This document shows, piece after piece, positions 16,951 through 23,021 of a stretch of 23,021 nt of DNA. Under the pieces are notes generated by a model, which did no database searches, was not told the origin of the DNA, and worked only from the letters and a program-made list of their open reading frames with translations. The number at the start of each line of letters is the position of its first letter. Positions within the stretch are counted from its first letter, which is position 1. Made by a program: the position numbers and the translations under genes. Origin of the DNA: Promethearchaeota archaeon (GTDB lineage Archaea > Asgardarchaeota > Lokiarchaeia > Sigyniarchaeales > SOKP01); assembly GCA_048940445.1 (NCBI GenBank), contig JBHLON010000038.1, positions 5,790 to 28,810 on the forward strand. The letters are read 5' to 3'.

Positions 16951-18375
16951 TCAAATTAATTCTAATTTTTCCATTTTTAGTTGGATTAATTGATTTACTT
17001 GTTTGGTGTCTTCAAGATCTTTATTGGATTCACCAGAGATTCGTAAATATGGACTAGTACCTGAACGCCTAATAAGAGTCCAACCTTCATCATAATCAAA
17101 TCGACAACCATCCATTTGATTAACCTTTTTTATTTTCTTTCCTAACTCATCAAGTGTATCTTTTACTTTTTCAAGGATCTTGTTATTAACTTCTTCAGTG
17201 AAAGGAATATCTCTCTTTAATTTAAATTGATTGGCATAATATGGATAAATAGGAATATCTACCAATAATTCATTTAAGCTTTTACTATTTTTAACTATGA
17301 TTTGTAAAACATTAGCAATAGTGACTATAGAATCAGGACCATAATGAAATTTAGGCCAAATATATGTTCCTGATGTTTCACCTCCTAAAAACCCACCTAA
17401 TTCCTTTAAAGCTATTGCAACTTTAATATCTCCAACTTCTGTTCTAATAACTTCACATCCTAATGGATTTAATACGTCTTCAATTAAATTTGAGGAATTA
17501 ATAGGAGTTACAACCTTCATATCTTTTTTAGATAACTTACTTTTGTTATCTAATATGAATTCTTTAGCCATAAGAGCTAATAATCTAATAGGATCAACAA
17601 TTTCTCCATTTTCATCTAAAAATATAACTCTATCTGCGTCTCCATCAAGTGCTATTCCAATATCCTCTTGTGTTGAAATTTTTAGAAAATTAGATATTTG
17701 CATTAAGTTTTCTCTACTTGGTTCGCTTGCTCTTCCGGGAAATCGTCCATCCATCTGTGCATTAATAGTTACAATTTTAATACCATATTTACTTAATAGA
17801 TTAGGTACGATGTCACATCCAGAACCATTACCAGGATCCACGATTACATTTAATTTACTTCCATCAAATAAGATTCGATTAGTAATATCTAATATGTGGA
17901 TATCATTAATGTCATTAATAGGCGTTACCTTACCAACTTCATTCCATTCTGTCTTTATAAAATCCTTATCATTGTAAATTCTCTCTATCTCTTCTTCTTG
18001 TTCTGGTGAAAATCCCACACCTGAGGGGTTCCATAGTTTTAATCCGATATATTCAGGGGTGTTATGTGAAGCAGTTATCATAACTCCCACATCTGCATTT
18101 AGATATCTTAAAGACATTGCTAATGTCGGTGTAGTCACCACACCTAGAGTTTTAACATTTGAGCCTGAACTTATTAATCCAGAAATTAGAGCATATTCGA
18201 TAGGTAAAGCAGAAATTCTAATATCCTTACCAATAACAATAGATCCTCCTCTAACATAAGTTCCAAGAGCTAATCCTACTTCTAATGCCATTTGTGGTGT
18301 AAACATTAGATCTGATTCTGAATAACTTTGAAAAACACGTCTGATTCCAGAGGTTCCAAAAATATTACTTGTCAT
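16951..18375 (-). CDS. glmM: Alpha-D-phosphohexomutase (phosphoglucosamine mutase / PMM-PGM)
   Basis: FGTSGIR, phosphoserine loop ITASHN, metal loop DGDADR, GGETSG, IRRSGTSP. GlmM specificity is inferred only from proximity to glmS. Confidence 0.85.
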   Translation of the reverse strand: MTSNIFGTSGIRRVFQSYSESDLMFTPQMALEVGLALGTYVRGGSIVIGKDIRISALPIEYALISGLISSGSNVKTLGVVTTPTLAMSLRYLNADVGVMITASHNTPEYIGLKLWNPSGVGFSPEQEEEIERIYNDKDFIKTEWNEVGKVTPINDINDIHILDITNRILFDGSKLNVIVDPGNGSGCDIVPNLLSKYGIKIVTINAQMDGRFPGRASEPSRENLMQISNFLKISTQEDIGIALDGDADRVIFLDENGEIVDPIRLLALMAKEFILDNKSKLSKKDMKVVTPINSSNLIEDVLNPLGCEVIRTEVGDIKVAIALKELGGFLGGETSGTYIWPKFHYGPDSIVTIANVLQIIVKNSKSLNELLVDIPIYPYYANQFKLKRDIPFTEEVNNKILEKVKDTLDELGKKIKKVNQMDGCRFDYDEGWTLIRRSGTSPYLRISGESNKDLEDTKQVNQLIQLKMEKLELI

Positions 18376-18660
18376 AAACTTATTTTGAATGATTTAAATT
18401 GATAGAAATATGATATTTAATTTAAGAAATATAACATTAATATTAAATTTATTTTAACTTAATTATTGAACTAGTTGATTTACTCTCAATCCTTTATTAC
18501 ATTTTCAAATAAGAAAAGAAAAATAGAAAATAATTCATAACTATGTTTTAAATGGAATGTTCTTCAATTTATTCTAATAAAAGAAAAATATTAATTTATA
18601 AATTAATTTATTATCATTCAATAGATTCAGATTTCGAGTTTAATAATCTGGTAAAATTTA

Positions 18661-20139
18661 ATGATTTTACAAGGACTTTTTAACATTTTGAGTTTGTACT
18701 TGGATGATATTGATCTTTTTTATAATGCGATTGATTCCTACTTACGAGAAAAAATTATTGAAAGATTTAAAATCACGGTTATTAATAAAAACAATATAGA
18801 ACCTACACTTAAGGAGCTTATTAGTTTTATTAAAAATCTCTTTATAGAAATAGATTTTGACTCTGAAGAAATTGAATATAAGTTTTTGGACCCTTTTTTA
18901 GAATTGAGCGATGAAGAAAAACAAAATGTTAAATCTGTTTTGGAACTTTATGATAAAAAATTCTCTCCGATTATAATTGAAATTTTACTGGAAAAAATTG
19001 TTGATTATTTAGTAGATGTAACAATTTCGCCATTAATATTGAATTTAAAATCTAAAGGTCTTTTACCATTAGAATTTATTATACAACTACGCACTTTAAA
19101 AGATTTATTAGATATTAATCCTGAAAAAAAAGAAAATTTAAAGAAGTATGTCAAAATTCGCGAACATTTTATTGACAAGTTAAATCAAAACAAACATAAA
19201 ATCGAAAGTTTAGAAGATTTAAAGGATCCAACAGACAAATTACAATTAATATATCTTATTTATCGAATCATTAGCTTTTTCAATTTGGAAAAAAGAATCG
19301 ATTTTTCTCATATTAAAGAGTATATTGCAAACAACGTTAAAGAGTGGTTAATGACAATTCCAATGGTGACCTTAAAAAATCCAGATCTTTATTTTTGTGG
19401 ATTATTTCTGGCCGAAAGATTTAATCTAAAACTTAAACGTGAAGAAATGATAGACTTTTTATTAGAATTATATGAAGAAGGGACAGATGAATTTGAAGCT
19501 CCTTTAGTCGAAGCAACAGGTGGCCTATATTATTTTCTAAAGTCAACTCAGTTCATGAAATTGTGGCTTACTAAAGCTCAGATTAATAGATTGATTGAAA
19601 CCGATGCTCAATATTTTGAGCCAAGTTATTTGAAAAGTTTAGAGACTTCTAAATTAGTTGTAATATTAAAAATATACAATTTACTTAAGATACGAGGAGT
19701 AGAGCAAGAAATAGATGCTATATTAGAGGAATTAGAACAAAGAATTACTCCTGAAGGAATTAAGCAATACAGAGATGGGTTCATCTCATCTGAAGCGACA
19801 TATTATGTCTTATTTGTTAATTATATGAGGAATACGCTGGAAAAACTAAAAGATTATAACTTCTTAGATAGTATAATTTCAATTATTTATAGGAATTTAG
19901 AACTTCTTGAATTTTCTGCTGATATGAATTTTGATTTAATATCTGAATTATTTTATTCATTTGAAAGCTTAAAATTATTTAACTGCATAGAAACTAAACA
20001 AATGATAATTCATCTTGCTAAATTTTTATTTCCAAAAGAAATTGTAGAGAAGATATCATCAAACACAGAAATAGTTAAAACCAGAGCAAGATTTAGACAT
20101 TTTAAAGTAGATAAAGAGTCTGGAGAAACTATGACCTAA
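18661..20139 (+). CDS. Hypothetical all-alpha protein, possibly a degenerate prenyltransferase/squalene-cyclase-like (alpha/alpha) toroid in the C-terminal half
   Basis: 492-aa ORF with recurring helical units (DLYFCGLFL, GGLYYFLKS, EATYYVLFV, ELFYSFESL). The CDS is secure; the fold is a guess. Confidence 0.7.
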   Translation: MILQGLFNILSLYLDDIDLFYNAIDSYLREKIIERFKITVINKNNIEPTLKELISFIKNLFIEIDFDSEEIEYKFLDPFLELSDEEKQNVKSVLELYDKKFSPIIIEILLEKIVDYLVDVTISPLILNLKSKGLLPLEFIIQLRTLKDLLDINPEKKENLKKYVKIREHFIDKLNQNKHKIESLEDLKDPTDKLQLIYLIYRIISFFNLEKRIDFSHIKEYIANNVKEWLMTIPMVTLKNPDLYFCGLFLAERFNLKLKREEMIDFLLELYEEGTDEFEAPLVEATGGLYYFLKSTQFMKLWLTKAQINRLIETDAQYFEPSYLKSLETSKLVVILKIYNLLKIRGVEQEIDAILEELEQRITPEGIKQYRDGFISSEATYYVLFVNYMRNTLEKLKDYNFLDSIISIIYRNLELLEFSADMNFDLISELFYSFESLKLFNCIETKQMIIHLAKFLFPKEIVEKISSNTEIVKTRARFRHFKVDKESGETMT

Positions 20140-20247
20140 ATTTAGGAGATTGATTTTTGGAATTAAATCTTTTTTTAAATTCTTAAATCATAATTTTAAT
20201 TTTTATCTAATCATTTTACTAAGTTAATAAATTAGATTACTTGATAA

Positions 20248-21726
20248 TTGATGAATATAGAGAATTTTGACATAATTTATAATGAAAATAGGTATGAAAT
20301 TAAAGATAAACAAAAAGTAAAAGACAAATTAATAAATATTGTTGGTAAGAAAAATGTCTCTATTGATGAAATTGATCTTATCGCTTATTCAAAGGATTCT
20401 TCCCTAATTTCCCTAAATTGGACTCTTCAAGGAAAAATAGCAAGTTTACCCGATTTTATTGTATGGCCAGAGAACAAATTTCAGATTTCAGAAATCCTGA
20501 AGTTAGCAAATGCTGAAAAGGTTCCTATAATTCCTTATGGAGAAGGATCAGGAGTCGTAGGAGGTGCTATACCAATCCGTGGTGGAATAGTTCTTGATAT
20601 GAAAAAATTTAATAAAATAATTAAATTAAATGATAACAATTTGACTATTGCTGCAGAAACTGGAATCAATGGGATGAATTTAGAGAGATATCTCAACGCT
20701 AATGGGTATACATGTGGTCATATTCCTCAATCACTCTATATGTCATCATTAGGTGGGTGGATTGCCCATAGAGCAGCTGGCCAGTTCAGTACAAAATATG
20801 GAAAAATAGAGGATATCGTATTAGGGATGGAAATGGTCCTACCTCAAGGTACATTAATTACTTTTAAACCAATTGTCCGAGCTTCAACTGGACCTCAACT
20901 TGATAAATTTTTCATTGGTAATGAAGGGACATTAGGAATTGTAACTGAAGCTACATTAAGAATCTGGCCTTATCCTGAAGCAAGAAAGTTAATATCCTAT
21001 GTATTTCCTTCAATTGAAGATTCTTTTAATGCCACCCGAGAAATCCTTAGAGAACATATTTTCCCTGCAGTAATTCGAATTTATGATCAGTTTGAAACGG
21101 AACGTCATTTTCCTGAAATTGATCAGGCTAAGGATAAAGTAATGGTTATATTTGTTTGTGAAGGAAACTCTAAACTTGTCAATTTAGAGGAATTAATTAC
21201 TAAAGAGAAATGTGAAAAAAATAGCGGTATTAGTTGTGGTTCACACCCTGTAGAACACTGGTTTGAAACAAGATTTAGGGTAACAGAAACATCTACAATG
21301 CCCCCCTATAAAATAGTATTTGATACTCTGGAGATTGCATCATCATGGGATAATGCTGCAAAAATCTACCATAAAGTTATTGATTCTATGGATGTTTTAA
21401 AAGGAGTTGTTATGATAACAGCTCACATATCACACTTTTATCCTAATGGGGTTGGTATTTATTTTAGTTTTGGAGGAGTTCCCGATAAGGATACCTCAGA
21501 CTTAGGTTTTTATCAAAAATGTTGGGATACCACAATTAAATCTGTTTTAAGCGCAGGTGGTTCCATTGCTCATCATCATGGTATCGGGATTAATAGAGCA
21601 CATTGGATGGATGAAGAATGGGGAAAATCCATGCATTTAATGAGAAAAATTAAGGAATTGCTCGATCCAAATAATATACTTAACCCGGGAAAAGTATATA
21701 CAAATACATGGAAGCGAAGTGAATAA
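20248..21726 (+). CDS. FAD-binding oxidoreductase (VAO/PCMH family), alkyldihydroxyacetonephosphate synthase-like
   Basis: IPYGEGSGVVGG, GHIPQS..SSLGGWIA.RAAGQFSTKYGKIED, GNEGTLGIVTE, PAVIRIYD, GIYF, HHHGIG, LDPNNILNPGK. Start is TTG 20248 or ATG 20251. Confidence 0.92.
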   Translation: MMNIENFDIIYNENRYEIKDKQKVKDKLINIVGKKNVSIDEIDLIAYSKDSSLISLNWTLQGKIASLPDFIVWPENKFQISEILKLANAEKVPIIPYGEGSGVVGGAIPIRGGIVLDMKKFNKIIKLNDNNLTIAAETGINGMNLERYLNANGYTCGHIPQSLYMSSLGGWIAHRAAGQFSTKYGKIEDIVLGMEMVLPQGTLITFKPIVRASTGPQLDKFFIGNEGTLGIVTEATLRIWPYPEARKLISYVFPSIEDSFNATREILREHIFPAVIRIYDQFETERHFPEIDQAKDKVMVIFVCEGNSKLVNLEELITKEKCEKNSGISCGSHPVEHWFETRFRVTETSTMPPYKIVFDTLEIASSWDNAAKIYHKVIDSMDVLKGVVMITAHISHFYPNGVGIYFSFGGVPDKDTSDLGFYQKCWDTTIKSVLSAGGSIAHHHGIGINRAHWMDEEWGKSMHLMRKIKELLDPNNILNPGKVYTNTWKRSE

Positions 21727-21729
21727 TAA

Positions 21730-22998
21730 ATGGGAGTATTTGAAACGTTAAAGAAATATAAGTGGATGCTACCTCTTATCAATAAAGCAGATAGAGACAC
21801 TAAAGCTACACTTCTAAAAAGTTTTCGCAATAAAAGAAAGGATTTTTATCCAGCAGGAGAATATAAAGCTGATATTGATAATTTAATCAAATGTATGCTC
21901 TGTCCTAATATGTGTAGGTTTGATTGTGGTACTTTGCAAGCTTCTCAAACAGAAACTATGAGTCCTGCATATAAATCTAAAATAGGCTATTATCTTTCCA
22001 TAGGAAAAATTGATCCAAGTAGGGGTGAAAATAACCAATTTATTGACCTCATGTATAAATGTACCAATGAAGAGAACTGCAAAGTTTGGTGTCCCTTTGA
22101 TTTTTCTGTGGTATCATTGTTGGAATCTGTAAGAGATGATTTAAATGATAAAGGATTAATGCCAGATTATTGTAAAGCCCAAGTCAATAAATTAGAAAAG
22201 ACTAAGACAATAGAAGAATATAACATTTTTGAAACTTATCAAAATAAAGGAATTGAAAATGTGGAAACTAAGGGTGATGATGAAGTATTTTACTATATTG
22301 GATGTGAGATGATGAAATTTCCTAACGTAGTAAAAGCAAATATAGGAATACTGAAAAAACTAGGGATTAAATTTTCTACCAATCTACAAAAAAGGGTTTG
22401 TTGTGGGTCTCCTTTACATAACATAAGAGATCTAGAAACGGCAAGGAATTTTGCTAGAGAAAATGTAGATTTAATTGAAAAAACAGGAGCTAACCTTGTG
22501 GTTTCTGACTGTCCTGGATGTGTAATAGCATTATCTAAAAAATATGAGAAAATTGGTATCAAATTAAATACAAAAGTAATACATATTGTTAAATTCATTG
22601 ATGATTTAATAGAAAAAAAAAGATTGAAACCAAAAAACAATTTAGAAATTAAGAAAGTAACTATTCATGACCCATGTCTTATGGCAAGAAATTTAAAAGA
22701 CAATAATTCGATCAGAAATATTCTTAAGTCTATTCCTGATTTGGAAGTTATGGAAGCCATTTATAATAGAGAATATACCCATTGCTGTGGATGGAGTGGT
22801 ACAGCACACTGGGCAGATAAAAATCTTGCTATAAAGGAAGCTTCGAATAGAGTTAATGAATTGAAGGAAACAGAAGCAAAGTATTTCATATCAGCATGTC
22901 CATTATGCGAATTGGGACTGAATTATGGTCTCTCAGAGTCTGAGAAAGAAATCTACAAAATCATGGATATTTCTGAGTTATTATTTAAGACTTTATAA
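21730..22998 (+). CDS. Fe-S oxidoreductase with a ferredoxin-like region and two CCG domains (GlcF/GlpC/HdrD family)
   Basis: CMLCPNMCRFDC and CTNEENCKVWCP, then YIGC..CCG..CPGC and HDPC..CCG..CPLC. Starts 3 nt after the flavoprotein stop. Confidence 0.92.
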   Translation: MGVFETLKKYKWMLPLINKADRDTKATLLKSFRNKRKDFYPAGEYKADIDNLIKCMLCPNMCRFDCGTLQASQTETMSPAYKSKIGYYLSIGKIDPSRGENNQFIDLMYKCTNEENCKVWCPFDFSVVSLLESVRDDLNDKGLMPDYCKAQVNKLEKTKTIEEYNIFETYQNKGIENVETKGDDEVFYYIGCEMMKFPNVVKANIGILKKLGIKFSTNLQKRVCCGSPLHNIRDLETARNFARENVDLIEKTGANLVVSDCPGCVIALSKKYEKIGIKLNTKVIHIVKFIDDLIEKKRLKPKNNLEIKKVTIHDPCLMARNLKDNNSIRNILKSIPDLEVMEAIYNREYTHCCGWSGTAHWADKNLAIKEASNRVNELKETEAKYFISACPLCELGLNYGLSESEKEIYKIMDISELLFKTL

Positions 22999-23021
22999 CT
23001 ACCCTATTATAATTTAAAATA

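Noticed and set aside
9144-16953. Possible selenocysteine read-through at TGA stops (9144-9146, 16941-16943, 16951-16953)
   Set aside because: Each protein appears complete at its TGA, the one at 9146 is followed immediately by TAA, and I saw no convincing SECIS.
16148-18259. Antisense ORFs 16148..16399, 17543..17977 and 18059..18259
   Set aside because: Antisense shadows of the SIS and phosphohexomutase genes.
21576-22640. Antisense ORFs 21576..21830 and 22293..22640
   Set aside because: They overlap conserved motif-bearing genes on the opposite strand.
1-23021. CRISPR array, tRNA/rRNA, IS element, integrase or prophage
   Set aside because: No regularly spaced repeats, GC-rich structured RNA blocks, or transposase, integrase or viral motifs were seen.

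Overview
AT-rich, gene-dense window with no rRNA, tRNA, CRISPR array or mobile element that I can see. An IPGF-TM-basic C-terminal anchor, oligo-T terminators, TATA-like promoters and the gene content suggest an Asgard archaeon, probably Lokiarchaeia (inference). In order, the window holds: a sugar ABC importer (end of the binding protein, a fused MalF-MalG permease, a MalK ATPase), a small membrane protein, a gamma-glutamylcyclotransferase plus class I amidotransferase pair, a stress block (Hsp20, superoxide reductase, large metallophosphoesterase, UspA), an orphan 2-hydroxyacyl-CoA dehydratase subunit, a coiled-coil orphan, a GH13 amylase, an amino-sugar cluster (GlmS, SIS-only paralogue, phosphohexomutase), a helical hypothetical protein, and an alkyl-DHAP-synthase-like flavoprotein coupled to a CCG Fe-S protein. 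The best leads are the coiled-coil orphan with a CHMP1/Did2 (ESCRT-III)-like segment, the AGPS-like plus CCG operon, and the divergent GlmS/GlmD-like pair. All reference-protein comparisons were made by eye against remembered sequences and need checking.
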